Assembly: GCF_018977255.1 (NCBI RefSeq)
Contig: NW_024704742.1
Coordinates: 27,654,001 to 27,718,000, forward strand
DNA: 64,000 bases
Source of the DNA: Callorhinchus milii
Lineage: Eukaryota
Reading direction: 5' to 3'
Part shown: positions 13,201-27,100 of the stretch, piece after piece
Position numbering within the stretch: position 1 is the first letter of the stretch
Layout: every line of letters starts with the position of its first letter
The notes under the pieces: model-generated
What the model was told of the DNA's origin: nothing
Database searches by the model: none
Seen by the model: only the letters and a program-made list of their open reading frames with translations
Made by a program: the position numbers and the translations under genes

Positions 13201-15297
13201 ATATAAATGAGAAATTATTTGCTTTGGTAGCAAAAGGTGAAGACTCAACTGCGTAAACATCCCCTTCATCTTAATTGTATTTGAGAAAATAAAGACAAAA
13301 CAAGCCCTTCCATTTACAGCACTGATCAGACCATAACCTGCTCTTACTGCAACAAACTGCAAGAGTGAGCCTATAGCGATATTATTGGCCAAGTTTGAGA
13401 GCCATACGTTAAGCTTGTCCAAACCAGATGTCCTTACAAACATCAACTTATTTAAGATTGGCATTTGAGGATAAAAGTAAAGGTTAAAATGGCTCTTCCC
13501 TTCTTGTATTTTGGTGCAATCTCCAGTGTCGGAGGGAAATGATGTTTAATTTTATTTTTGCCAGATTTAGGCAGAGAACATGTGCTTGCCATTGTGAATT
13601 AATTATCCCATTTGTCTATTTTCTGCCCAATTTGGAATCAATCTGCGATTCTTGCAGTTAAGAATAGAGGTAAGTATGTCCCACCGACTTAACTTTTGCT
13701 ACCGACGTGCATGTCATTTCAGGCAGCAGGAGGTATTTTTCGTGTGGGACTGAAATGGCTAAAGAGTGCAAATGAACCCCCATCATTTTGAACTTTAAAC
13801 TGGATGATAATTGGTTACTTCTTGGTGTTTATTTTTGTGCGTGCGCCCCGAACAAGAAAAATTGGAGGGAGTGGTTTCTGAGTTTCTTCTGAAGCTTGCT
13901 GGTTAGATGCATATTGAATCACAATTCAGTTGTTAACAGCTGAAGAAGGCTGGCATGTCCTAATGTCTGGTTTCAACACAGGGTATAGGATTTTTAAAAT
14001 TTGGAAAAAAAAGCATCGAAATCTCGATACCTTGTTGCAGTTGTACAATTCATGTCTTGAACAGCAAACAGTCACAGCATTTTGAGCCCTGGAATTGGAA
14101 AGAGTTTGAAGTGTGATGGGTCTTGTGGTTCTGGAGTCTGAAAGCCTGTATGCTAAGGAACAGCAATGGTTCTGGGTACAATGGGGTGGAGGAATGAAAA
14201 CTAATTGGTGAATTCTGTTCCACGAAGTTAACAAATTAGATTTTTTTATTGCTCAGTATTCAGCAAAAAAGTTGAAAATAAAGAAATTTCATCTGCTGTA
14301 TAGGAGAGACTCGTTAGTCAGGGCAGGGATTGTAATCTGAAACTGTAAATGTAAAGCATAACAGTATTTGTGTCATTTTGTGGGTAAATTTACATTGTGG
14401 AAATAGCATGCTTGTTTAGCTTCCACAATTATTCCACACGGTCAATGCTAAGACAGTGAGGTAGCATTTTGCATTGCTACCATTGCATTTTGTTAGTGGT
14501 TTCACTAACTAGCAGCTCAGTATCGCTGACGGGGAAATCCTTTTGACAGTAAGTTAACAGCTGACTGACTTACGGGAACCTCACTATTCACTTTCAGTGT
14601 TTGAAAGCAGGGATCCCATATATTTTTTGATTCCATGAATTTGCTGATCCCGTATATTTGCCGGGGCTTTCCTCTAATTAGTTAGCAGCTCTGAACGGGT
14701 GAATATTTATGAGCTGCAGGCAGAAACCCAATGATTTTGCTCCTGATTGTGATATTAAACCATTGCACAACAATCAGAATAAATCACAAGATCACAAGAT
14801 TGGTTTGGGTGATGAAGGCTCTTTGTCCATTTGGTCTCATTCCTCCAGAATACTGACCCTACCAACTTTCTATTGTATCAAGCTGTTTTTTTTAAAAATG
14901 AGTCCAGTGTTCTGACTTTAGCCACCCTTACTGGAAAACTGTTCCAGTCATTAATCACTCTCTGGAAAAAGAAATACTTCCTGGTGTCTGCCCAGAAATT
15001 GCCCTTTGCAACTACAGCTTATACTATCTTATTTATCTGTCTTGGTGCATCCTAAAGCATTGTTCTGGGTTTACATTTTAATCTCATTTGACATTTTTTA
15101 TACCTCTAGAAGGTTCACTTGTTGGCAATAATTTCACCTGTGTGGAGTTGAGAGAATTCGCAGAAAGTTTGGCACAAGACAGGGGTTCAGTATGGGTGCT
15201 CAACACGCCCTCGTACAAGGATAGTAGACAATAAGTGGAACAGAATGGAGTACATGGGACAAGGTTGCAGAACAGTCTCTTTGGAATCATTGTTGTA

Positions 15298-15640
15298 ATA
15301 ATAATTATGATGTTTGCATTTAATATAGTGCCTTATCACGTAGCTGAGACATTTCAAAGTGCTTCACAGAATATATTGTAAGTGGATTGACTGTAATTTA
15401 TGAGCGAAAAGGGCCAGCTAATTGTGCATAGTAGTGTCCCACAAACAATTGTGGATTGAGTCTCCAAATTTTGTTTTGAGGGATTATTGCTCCTGGAAAC
15501 AATCTGCAAATTGACTAACATCTAGGTTCCTACTTTCTGCTAGGTACACAGAGGTGTGTGGAGTAAGGAAACTTGCCTATGGTTTTGTCTCGCATCCTCT
15601 CACTTGCAGGGTGAGTGTCCTAACTGCTATCCTATGGGAT
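15298..15640 (-). mobile_element. tRNA-derived CORE-like SINE (family A)
   Basis: Antisense of head, core (ctgctaggtacacagaggtgtgtggagtaaggaaacttgcc) and tail. Confidence 0.75.
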
Positions 15641-16489
15641 TCCACACCCTCGTAAATGACAGTCTGCATCCTTGTTACAGAAAAGCCAGGGAATTCTGGA
15701 CTTACTGCTGAATAATTTCACTGCTATAGGTTTCTGATTTTGCAGAAACTGCAGGAACAAATGTATTTTTTGTGCACTAAACCATAGGTGCACGTTAACA
15801 TATATTTATAAACCTTAATAACCCACAGAACCGTGGCAATTGATTTATTTTATTAAAAGCAGCCGGCAGCAATTTTATTCTCGATATGAGAAGTAACAAT
15901 TGAGCCGCAAGAGAAACAAAATTGCAATGTGGCTTCAATCTTATAACTGCCCTTTTTTCTTGGAAAATATTCTCCAATTACAGCAGCACACACTGGGCTT
16001 CCCTTAATATTTCATCTCAGTTTTGTTTCGGTCCTTCGCTTTGCAATATGCTGTAAAAAAAAATGGAACAACCTGCCCATGGAACGTAAATCATTCATCA
16101 AATAATCTCATAACTGAATAGAATTCATCTTAGACCGATACATGAGAAATTCCAGGTGCACAATGAAGGATTATTATTTGGCAAATGCACCGCTCTAATA
16201 ATAATAATAATCCTTGCATTTGATAAAGCACCTTATCACATCTTTGAGACGTCTCAAAGCGCTTCACAGAATATACTGTAAAGTGAATTGATTGCATTTT
16301 TTGGGTGAAATAAGTTGAGATCTCGGAGAACAGGGGAATTTATTGCAAGTGTTACAAATCTGTAAAATACAAGTAGGAAGGGTTGGTGCATTTGATTTGG
16401 TCCCAAATTATTAAAAGGGAGCAACTACTGGGATACAACCACAACTTGTATTCATATAGCGCCCTTCACGCAGGGTAGCATATCAGAAG

Positions 16490-16636
16490 GATAGAGGGAT
16501 TAAAGGATAGAGGAATTAAGGGATATGGCGATAGGGCGTGTAAATGTAATTAGGTTAGAAGATCAGCCATGATCTTATTAAATGGCGGGGCAGGCTTGAG
16601 GGGCCGAATGGCCTACTCCTGCTTCTATGTCTTATG
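16490..16636 (+). mobile_element. CR1 3'UTR fragment
   Basis: agatcagccatgatcttattaaatggcggggcaggcttgaggggccgaatggcctactcctgct, also seen at ~21640 and ~54925. Confidence 0.8.
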
Positions 16637-17239
16637 GACGGAGTGCTTAACAATGTTTGGCGTAGTTTGGCTCTGAGCTGGGAAGAAAAGTAAGGTTACC
16701 ATAGGTATGGTTGAAGAGTAAAATCTCTATGGGATAGTTGCTTTAAAGCTTCCATATTCTGAATGAAAATACATAAAGAATGTTAACCATCCCAATAGCG
16801 CAATTTGGGATGTGGCACCATTTTGGTGGCTTTCACAATTGGGAAAAAATTACTGCAGAGCTTATTACAGACGGCTACAAAAGTGATCAGTCAGGATCCA
16901 TAAACATCTGGGTCAATAGTTTGGTTAGCTGCAAGAGAAACAAAATTGCAATGTAGTTTCAATCATATAACTGCTTATAATGAAAAAAATCCCTATATCA
17001 GCAACTATTTATATTACCAGCTTGTAAACAATTGCAATACGTAAAGCAGAGTGACTTGCCTACAGACATGTCTCATATATTTTGGCTGTTGCACTGATGC
17101 CATGATATGGTACCTGATGGGATGCCCTATTGTAATTATTAGCCGACACTGTTATTCAGAGATGGTAGGTGGTTGGGCAGGAGAGATTGTAATTATTCGA
17201 TATGAATCGCCTTGACTTGTATATCCTGTGATATGTTTT

Positions 17240-17560
17240 GGAGTCCTGTAGCATATTGGTTAGAGAGAGCACTTGTCTCACAAGAGAGAGGACCCGTGTT
17301 CAATTCCTGGGCTGGGCAAAATGTTCGACAAGTTTCCTTGCTTCACACGTCTCTGTTTACCTAGCAGTAAGGAGGAACCCGTTTGTTAGTTGATTGGAGG
17401 ATGATTTTTCTGGGGATAATATTACCTTCAAAAAAATAGAATAACTTGGTCATTCAATTCATGACTGTTTGTGGGACACTGCTGTGAGTAATTGGCTACT
17501 GCGTTTTGCATACACAAAAAAAACAGTCACTTTACAGTATATACTGTATATTGAAGACAT
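17240..17560 (+). mobile_element. Family A SINE
   Basis: ggagtcctgtagc head, gttcaattcc B-box and ctctgtttacctagcagtaa core. Confidence 0.8.
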
Positions 17561-17754
17561 GATAAGCACAACAATAACAAAAACAACAAAATTACATTTG
17601 TATCTTGCCTTTCATGTCGGGACAATGTCTTGGACTATATCAATTGCAAGGTTTATTATTATTATGGCAATTACCTTTGTCCCAAGGATGGTAAGTCCAT
17701 CATGCAGAGATCTGCTGCCTGATGCGCAAGGCACTGCTGATCTGTCCCATTAAT

Positions 17755-17979
17755 AGGGTTGAAATTTCACCTGGGTCCAAATGCATTTTTATTTAGCATT
17801 GCAGAGTGTCCAGAATTTGGCATGTTCTTAAATATCATCTTCATTTTGAAGCCATTGCTCTAGAACTACAGAAATCTGGCTTCAAAGTTAAAATTGAATT
17901 TAACAATTTGCCAAATTCCAGAAGCTCTGAAATGCTGAAAATATAGAGTAAATCTAGACTTGGATAGAATTTCACCCCC
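17755..17979. mobile_element. MITE-like fold-back element with imperfect ~30 bp TIRs, copy 1
   Basis: Starts agggttgaaatttcacctgggtcc and ends tctagacttggatagaatttcacccc; homologous copies at 39178, 55759 and 62872. Confidence 0.7.
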
Positions 17980-18199
17980 AATTTTTGTACAATATGAAAA
18001 TAATTATCCTACATTTGATAAAGCACCTTTCACATTGGGATGATTTCACAAAGTGCTTTGCAGCATATACTGTAAAATGTAGTGACTGTATTTTGTTTAT
18101 ACACACTTATATGAATGTAAGTACATCTGCAGAGCTAAAATCACAACTCGATTCTGAGCCAAAAGTAGAATTAAAAGATGATGCCCAAAGGGAACTAAT

Positions 18200-18605
18200 T
18201 GTTGCCTGACTCAGTTGGTAGCCCTCCTACCTCTAAGTCAGAAGAATGTGGGTTCAAACCCACATTAGGACATTGAACTCACAGTTTTGTCTTGCATACT
18301 AATGCAGTGCTGGGGGTGTAATGCATTGCTGGAGGTGCCGCCCTTCAGATGAGACTTGAAAGGTCCCAGTTGCCTGTAAAGGTTAAAACATTAAAATCCT
18401 ACAGCGTTTTTCTAAAAGAGAAATCCTAGCTAACAACCCACCAAACAAAATCAGTCACTCACTTCAAAGCTGTTTGTGGGGGGAATTACTATGTGCAAGA
18501 TTAGTTGCTGCGTTCATCTACAAATTCCACAGTCACTGTACTTTACAATAAATTCTGTGAAGAGCTTTGAGATATCCATTCAACGTAAAAGGCGCTATAG
18601 CAAAT
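18200..18605 (+). mobile_element. Family B Deu-domain SINE, near full length
   Basis: ctcagttggtagc..gtgggttcaaacccac head, Deu core and L2-like tail. Confidence 0.75.
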
Positions 18606-19065
18606 GACTGAGGTTAGAGAATTGTTGGGGCTTTAGTTTCTTTGGGGAATATGCATATCTAGTGATAGGGAATCTGAAATGACACTTCATTCATTTCCTC
18701 TTTGTATGCTTGGTTTATCAAATGCATGTAAAATCTCTAACTGTCCTGTCTGTCTCCTCCACCTTCACTGGTTACTTTGTTGAAATACTGTATGAGGCAG
18801 GTTTGCCAGGCTGCCTTTGAAGGCAGCTTTATAATTATTTAAGGCTAGGTGTTTGACAGAGCAACCAGTCTTGTTATCGACTGGCTCTGTTTACCTTCAT
18901 TCATCAGCATTGTGATAATTACCACATCACAAGTCACAATTTACAGCGGTAATGGAAATGAGTTCAAGAGAAAATTAGATTTGGATGAAGAGGGGATTCA
19001 GGGGCAGGTTGCATGAAAGCAGGAAGATGAGATTGAGAAAAATCTAAATTTGATGGTCTGTATGA

Positions 19066-19643
19066 TGGTCTCCCCAACTCACTCCTCACTCAGGATTACT
19101 CCAACGCACTCCTCACCGGTCTCCCCAGTTCCACCATTCACAAGATGCAGCTCATTCAAAACTCTGCCGCTTACATACAGACCCGGACTAAACTCCATAC
19201 CCACATCTCACCAGTTCTGGCAGGCTCCACTGGCTCCCCATCACTGAACGGATCGACTTCAAGATCCTCACTCTCGTGTTCAAATCCATTTACTCCCTGG
19301 CACCTCCCTATTTTTCCGACCTCCTTACTCCCCAATCCACCACCCGGCACTGACTGGCACCGGCCTCCTGCTTGTCCCTTGCACCCTGCGCCCCATCATC
19401 AGAGGTTGTGCTTTCAGCCACTACGCACCCAAAACTCTGGAACACTCTCCCTCAATCTCTCCGCCTTGCCCCCCCTCTCCCCTCTTTCAAGTCCCGTCTG
19501 AAAACTTTCCTCTTTGACCATGCTTATGGCCAACTACCCCCTCCCCCCAGCTCGGAGTCAGGCTCCGCCACTGTTAAGCGCTCTGAGAAGCTACCCTGCC
19601 TGGAGGGTGCTATATAACTGCAAATTGTTGTTGTTTGTTGTTG
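19066..19643 (+). mobile_element. L2 LINE 3' fragment
   Basis: MQLIQNSAA.. peptide and (ttg)n tail. Confidence 0.85.
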
Positions 19644-20991
19644 TCTCTCTTCCTGTTCCTGAAAATTAAGTTTCTATTGACCTTGGCGATAAGGCTCCAA
19701 TGGGGATAAAATGCAATAATAATCGTTGCATTTGATATAGCACCTTATTATGTTATAGAGACGTCTCCAAGCGCTTCACAGAATATACTATAAAGTGATG
19801 TGACTGTGTATCTTGTGGGGATAGTTCTAATTTGTGGGAGGATGGATGGAACACATCTGCATTTAGTGTGTCTAAGAGGCAACCAACAAGGTTGTGCACC
19901 AGCTTATCTACCCATTTATTTCATGAAAGGATTATTGCTGGGTGCAATTATTATTATCATCATAATAATAATTGCTTCCACACACGCACCCATATTGTGC
20001 CTAAAACTCGGATAAGAACTAAAATCACTAAAGTCAAATATATCAAACCATAGTGTCTAAACAACATGAAGGTCATCATAATTTGCGAAGGTCAAGATCC
20101 TTGTTTTAGGCAGAAAGCATCAATACATTTAATAGGAAACTCGATGCATATGTGAGGAAGAAGAGAATAGAGCGCTATTGGAAGAGATGGTGGGGTTAGA
20201 AGATGGAGGCTTACATGTAGTGTTACCACTAGCAGTAACTAGCTCGGTGAATAGCCTGTTTTAGTGCTGTGCATTGTCTACTATTCTATTGACAATTCAG
20301 ATTTGAAGAACAAACTAATGATGACTGCTTCTCTACCCCAGCCACCTACCCAACTGGAGCCCCATTTTATGACAGTAACATAAGCATAATAACCAGGTAG
20401 GTGTAGACCATTGATCCATCAAGCCCGTATATCTAACTTTCAGAAGTTTTCTACAACATATCTGTCTTATTACTTGATATCGCTCTTAATTTCCATGATT
20501 TTGTCTAGTTCCTTGTACCACTACATGTGCTAATACATTCTTCCACACAATAATCACCCTTTTGCTAAACAAAATTCTCCTCTTACATTTTCTCTTCACT
20601 TTTGATGTCCCTTTTTTAAGAAGCATTATTTGCCTGTTCGTAAAATCTGTATTGATGTTCTCTAGCTTCATTTGTAATGTGAATAAGTCACTAAAATGAA
20701 GGGACTTGTACGTCCTATCTTACTAAACCAAGAATAGACTGAAAGGTTGACAGATTTAACTTTTTATTTCACTTCGCAGTCACCCAGGCTATCCCAACTT
20801 TGCCGAGAAAGAACACGTCAACATCCATTATTGCTCAAATTATGTTCTCAAGGCAACCGGCACATACATAATAATAATGTACGATTATTAAAACACAACT
20901 CCACCCACAGAATTCTGAATAAGCCAAATTAATTTACTATTATAATGTATCATTTTATGTCATTTTCTTCAACTGAGCAAAATCTCCTTGT

Positions 20992-21732
20992 GTCTCCTTA
21001 TTTAAAAAAAGACATACTTGCCCTAGTAGATGTGCAGCATAGATTCATTAGGTTAGTTCCTGGGATGAGGGGACTGACCTATGAGGATAGGCTGAATAAA
21101 CTAGGGCTATATTCTCTAGAGTACAGAAGAATTAGGGGAGATCTTATTGAAACATAAGATTCTTAAAGGGCTGATAAAGTAGATACTGAGGGTCTGTTTC
21201 CCCTGGTAGGAGAATCTATAACCAGGGGTCACAGTCTTAAAATTAAGGGTCAGCCTTTTAGAACAGAGTTGAGGAAACATTTCTTCACTCAGAGGGTAGT
21301 GAATTTATGGAATTCACTACCCCAGAAGGCTGTAGATGCTCAGTCCTTGAACATCTTCAAGACTGAGACTGATAGATTTTTTAAAAAAATAGAGGGATAG
21401 ATATGGGGATAGGGCAGGTAATTAGAGTTACAATAATAATAATAATATTAATCCTTGCATTTGATATAGCGCTTTTCACGTCGGGAGGACGTCCCAAAGC
21501 GCTTCACAGAACACACTGTTGTTTTTGGTTTTGAAGGGATTATTATTAGGCGTGTGGAATAAGGAAACTTGCCCAAGGTTTCTCCCTGCCTGGAATTGAA
21601 CTCAGGTCTCTCGCTTGCAAAGGTCAGGTCAGTTAGGTCAGAAGATCAGCCATGATCTTATCGAATGGCGGGGCAGGCTCAAGGGGCTGAATGGCCTGCT
21701 CCTGCTCCTAATTCTTATGTTCTTATGTTCTT
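20992..21732 (+). mobile_element. CR1 3' end interrupted by a family A SINE
   Basis: SPYLKKDILALVDVQHRFIRLVPGMRGLTYEDRLNKLGLYSLEYRRIRGDLIET; tail ttcttatgttcttatgttctta. Confidence 0.9.
21432..21621 (-). mobile_element. Family A SINE (internally deleted form) inserted in the CR1 3'UTR
   Basis: Reverse complement of much of 22050-22341. Confidence 0.85.
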
Positions 21733-22017
21733 AGAAGATGCAGATAATTTGCTATCTTTTGAGGATATAACCTGGGCCAACAGAAAAGTGTGGCCATTTT
21801 TGCAACAAAAAATTGCAGAGCATTTTGCGAATCTTGCAGGAAATTGTTGAGGGCTTTGCTAGACTTTGTGGGGAAATTGTGGGGATTGATTGGGGCTATT
21901 GAGGTACATTTTACTGCTACATTTTTTCATTTGGTTGATAAAAATTAAACATAAAAAAAACATACTAGATTGTTGCAACAAAAAAATGCTGATTGCTTCT
22001 TTAAGGATTTGCTTCGT

Positions 22018-22341
22018 GGAGTCCTGTAGCTCAGTGGTTAGAGCACTCGCTTTGCAAGTGAGAGACCTGAGTTTAATTCCAGGCAGAGGGCGAAACCTTG
22101 GGCAAGTTTCCTTACTCCACACGCCTAATAATAATCCCTCCAAAACCAAAATCAATAATAAATTGGTCATTTTCAATCTACGACTGTTTGTGGGACACTG
22201 CTGTGCGCAATTGGCTGCCACGTTCACCCACAAATATACAGTCAATTCACTTTACAGTGTGTTCTGTGAAGCGCTTTGGGACGTCCTACCGACGTGAAAA
22301 GCGCTATATCAAATGCAAGGATTATTAGGATTATTATTATT
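22018..22341 (+). mobile_element. tRNA-Ala-derived SINE (family A, internally deleted form)
   Basis: A-box tagctcagtgg, anticodon arm ctcgc-ttTGCaa-gtgag, B-box gtttaattcc and (tta)n tail. Confidence 0.85.
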
Positions 22342-24489
22342 TAACAACTCTTGACGTGGGGAGTGGGATGGGCGGGGGGTCACACACCATCTTCTGTCTC
22401 TCAGGGCTGGCACCACATATGGACACAGAGACCCAAAAAGAGAGGGAGACACACTCGCAGTCACTGAGAGAGACGCATACACTCTAATGCAGTGCTTGGG
22501 AATGATGCATTGTTGGAGAATGGAAAACCTCTCTGCTTTGGTGCCCAATGGCAGTGAGGTCTATCACACAAAATTGTTTCAAAATAGTGATCTTTATGTT
22601 GTGAATTTACAATGGGATTTCCCGTTACAGTAAATGATTACTTCTTCAGCACCTTGGGACATCCTCCCGACGTGAAAGGCGCTATACAAATGTAATTTTG
22701 TTGTTGTTTAGTGATCAGAATTCATAGATCTCAGTATCAAACACTGGACAGATGTAGAGCAAAACACCTTCCAGTCTGTCAAATAGTAACCCAAACCTTA
22801 GAAGAACACTTGATTACAATACCATAATTCTTGCCCCTTCCCCGTATATCTTTTTCCCTCGCAGAGTTAGAATTTCACCTCAGTTTCAACTATGAAACTA
22901 GTTCAACATATTTAACTATGTTGAATTAAGTGCTCTTTGTCACATAAAATAACAGTGCTTGGTGACTTGATGGAGATTGCTGAAAGTATTGCAGCAGCCA
23001 GATAGGAGAAAGGATTTTCACCCTCTCCGTTTGGATTAGATTCAGATTAGGATCCCAGAGAAGAAAGGATATCATGCTGTGCCACCCCAACCTCAGCAAG
23101 GTGCCTGTAAATCAAAAAGACAAAATGGCATTTTCCTGGTGTTAAGGCCTAAGTGAGCTGCGTGTTGAATCTGACACGAACAGCTGTGGTCGGATCGATG
23201 TATTCATGGCACAATACTCACTACAGTGTGTGTCTACAATCATACTGAAGGATGCCATTCTCACCCAGTCACAACAAAGGAAACACATCACCAACCTGAT
23301 GCGTAATCACCTATGAACATTAATGAATAAATGTCAGTCAGGGAAGCAAACTATTAAGAACATAGTATTAAACTGGCACAATAGCAGTCCATTCCGATTC
23401 AGCAAAACAGCAGCCAGCAAAATACACCCATCAACACTCACCAACGTGGGGACACAGTACAGATAAACATTTAATATTTAGCACACTAGTCGAATTAATA
23501 AAGCACAGAAAAGAAAATATCAAGCCATTGATAAACAGTGGGCAAATCTAGGTATTCAGCAGTTATCCAGTTTCATATATTAGTTTTTATATATTGTAAA
23601 ATCACAAACAACATTAAACGTTCTTGGGGTGGGGGGGATTGTTTTACAGAAAAAAGTATTTTTTCAAAAAAATTCCTTCAGAATAAGTTAACCTCTCGAA
23701 GCAGTGTTGTGCTCAAGAAAAACGTTTCTGTGCAGTCTCAACATGTATTTAGTGCGTGGGAGATGTTTATTGACTTGCGTACATTCTGTTCCCTGAGGTT
23801 CTTCTTTAATTATAACTAGGCTGGAGTTGTCCTTTAAGCGTAGCAATTCTGCAGTACTTTGCTTGCATAAAAGGCATTTATGTTTTTTGCTCTCGTCTAT
23901 AATCAACAATTTACATATGCAGATAGTTGCAATCAACATACCTCATTAATATTTCCTCCCACTTAACAAAACAAATGTACATCCCAGATTTTACAAAGAT
24001 AGGATTTAAGGTCTCTACATTACCGATAAAAGCTGTATTCAAATTAATTGAATTAGTGCCTGAAATTAGCATAAATTGATGCCATATTGTCCTTTTTAGC
24101 TTAACAGTTCTTTCTTACAAATTTGGCAAAGATTGAATATGTAGAGAAAATGTGTACTAGTATTGAAACTAATCTGATTTGAAAATCGTCTAAAGTAGCA
24201 TGTTTAATTGATAAGCACATGCTTCTACTGATTCCTTTAACTTTCCCTGAGGCGAGTGTTACATTTTCAGGAGTTTACGAGAGCAAATATTTTGACTAAG
24301 CACCATGATCATAACCTAATTTGCAAGTGCAAATTGGCTCAAATACAGTTTCATGCAACATTATAGTCCATTAATATGCAGTTATTTTAATCATAATTAA
24401 TATTCCATCCAAGGTTTGTAACATAAGTGCGGAGAAATTCCACCTGAGTCTAGATGCGCTCTATTTATGTGGTATTATTTCAGAATATC

Positions 24490-24960
24490 GAGAATTTAAT
24501 GCAGAGAATTTTTGGCTCATGGAATGCCCTACCAAGGAAGGTGGTAGAGTCAGAGTCCATTGGGGAGTTGAAGAGGGAAGCAGTCAGGTATATGAAAAAC
24601 AGTAATCCCATTATGGGGATGAGACAGGGCTGTGGGATTGAATGAACAGGTTGCTCTGAGAGCTGGTGCAGACTCGATTGGCCAAATGAATGGCCTCCTG
24701 CGCTATAAATTTCTATGATTCTATATCTTTCGTATTTAACAAAAATGTGGGATGTTTCTTCCAATATAAATGTTTTAAAAAATAATAATTTGGTCACTCA
24801 ATCCACGACTGTTTGTGGGACGCTGCTGTCCACAATTGGCTGCTGTGTTTCGCCCACAAAATATACAGTCAGTTCACTTTACAGTATATTCTGTGAAGCG
24901 CTTTGAGACGTCTCGTAGATGTGATAAGGCGCTGTATCAAAAGCAAGGATTATTATTATA
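24490..24960 (+). mobile_element. CR1 3'UTR (24490-24725) followed by a SINE 3' half (24780-24960)
   Basis: WNALPRKVVESES and ttctatgattcta tail, then gactgtttgtgggac..aagcaaggattattatt. Confidence 0.75.
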
Positions 24961-25630
24961 AGCGAAGGGCAATACTATCTCATTACTGCTTTGCACACCA
25001 ATCTTGGTAATGGGTGGTAACATTGCTGAGTGTTCAGGTGCTTATTGTCACTGATTTCAGTAGATGCTGCTCATGTATTTTATGCCACTCAGCTATTTTG
25101 TCTAACATGACAGCCATATAAAAGAACCACTATAGCCAGTTACTGAGGTGGGGTGGGAGATTACATTAACTTGAGTTAGTCTATCACTTTCTGATCATTT
25201 AAGCCTGTTACACCACCAGCACAATAAATCACAATCCAACCAGATTTTATCATCACCAACACACTCAGGTCGATATATTTAATTTAATCTTTTTAAATTT
25301 ATCACCGACTTTGCGATATAAAATGAATCCTTGAACCCCGCTGATACATTATTCATTACAAAGCAATACAAATGATGTTTCTTGGCACTGCTACATGATC
25401 CAGTACTTTTGAGCGAAATAAAAAAACTATTAACATTTCATTATATGGATGTATTGTTCTAAATAGAAACTTAGGAAATTCCGCAATTGCATTTTTGTGG
25501 AGAAAATAATGTTTGTTGCAAATTGCACAAGCTGAGTTGAAACAGGCTATTGTAACTTGCTGTCAATGGTGAGGTTGAACATCTTGTGCAAGCCTGAACG
25601 CATCATGGTGGGATCAAAGTGACAGGAATG

Positions 25631-25775
25631 TGTCAGCTTGGTTCAGTGGTAGCACTCTTGCCTCTGATTCAGAAGGTTGTGGGTTCAAATCCCACATTGG
25701 GACTTGAACTCGTATAGTCTAAGATGACACTCCAATGCAGCATTGGGGGGTGTATTTCATTGTTGAGCCTACCTG
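25631..25775 (+). mobile_element. Family B SINE 5' part (tRNA-like head)
   Basis: gtcagcttggttcagtggtagcactcttgcctctgattcagaaggttgtgggttcaaatcccac. Confidence 0.75.
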
Positions 25776-26317
25776 CAAAGGCTTTGACGTTCCTTTTAAA
25801 AGAGGATTTGGTTCGGAATTAATTTGGAGTATATAGAATAATTGTATGTGACAGCACAGAAACAGACCATTTAGTGCATCAAATGTGCACTTGAGTTTTA
25901 GTCCATAGTCCACCTAATCTAATTCTTTTAGTGATTATTGTAATTTGTGACTTTGTCAGAACCCCTGATAACAATGTAGATCAACATCAGGTCAACCCTT
26001 TTAACATTCTCAGCCCAAGTAAAAAAAATATTTTTTCAAATCTGCTGGATTAGGCTTGAAAGACTGAAAGGTCTACTCCCATTGGCGGCGGCTGAACATA
26101 TTATTTGGGGAGGGGCGGTTTGTCAAACTTTCATCCAGGTGAGCCGTTGGCTTGACTGATAGGTCCATCAGAGGTGAAGACGGCCTGACAAGCAGAACTG
26201 GAAGTGAGCAAGCACTGTTGCCTAGTTTGGAGAGGGGCTAGGAAAGTGTTTGATATAAAGTAGTCAAGTCAGCTTGCCTCAGTTGTTGCACTGTTGTCAG
26301 AAAATTGTGGTCTCAGG

Positions 26318-27100
26318 ACTTTGAGACCCTCATACATGCATTCATAACATCCAGACTCGACTACGCAAACTCCCCGCTTGTCAGCCTCCCCAACTCCTCC
26401 CTCCATATGCTGCGGATCATCCAGAACTCTGCACCCCATGTCCTCTCCCACACCAGGCTCCCATCACACAGAGGATACATTCAAGATCCTGGTCCTCACT
26501 TTTAAAACCCTCCATGGCTTTGCTCCCCCCTACCTCTGCAACAGCCTAACCCCCGACCAACCCGCTCTCTCCGTTCAGCGGGCTCCAGCCTGCTTCACGT
26601 TCCACGCCCCCTCCCTTGTCTCCTTCAAGACCCATCTCAAGACCATCCTCTTCGACCGTGCCTTCAGTCACCCTCCTTCCTCCCTTGCCCTCCACACTTC
26701 CTGATCCCATCCCCCAGGCCAAGTCCGAAGCACTGATTGTCCAGCGCCTCCTGACGTGAAAATGTAATGTTTTGTTGTTGCCTAGGCTGACACTCCAGTG
26801 CAATGCTGTGGTTGTCAGAGGTGCCACCATTTGGAAGAGACCTAATACTGAGGCCTTGTCTGCCAGTTCAGGTGAATGTTAAAGATCTTATGTGATAGAG
26901 AGAGAGAGAGAGTTCCTTCCAGTGTTGTGGCTAGCATTTTTCTTAATGAATTGGTCATTCGCTTCATGGTAGGACATTGCTGTGTACTAAATAGTTGCTG
27001 CATTTGCCTACAGAATACTCACAAGATTTGATTGTAATTATCTTTGAAATGTTTCATCATTTTAGGTGCAAAGTAAAATGCAAGTGTTTTTATTATTTTA
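26318..27100 (+). mobile_element. L2 3' fragment (26318-26780) followed by a Deu SINE 3' part
   Basis: ETLIHAFITSRLDYANS..QNSA peptide; Deu core at 26815-26935. Confidence 0.8.

Noticed and set aside
22018..22093. tRNA-Ala-like sequence (also at 50300, 53935 and 17240)
   Set aside because: The acceptor stem and T arm are degenerate, and each copy continues into a SINE body and tail; not a tRNA gene.
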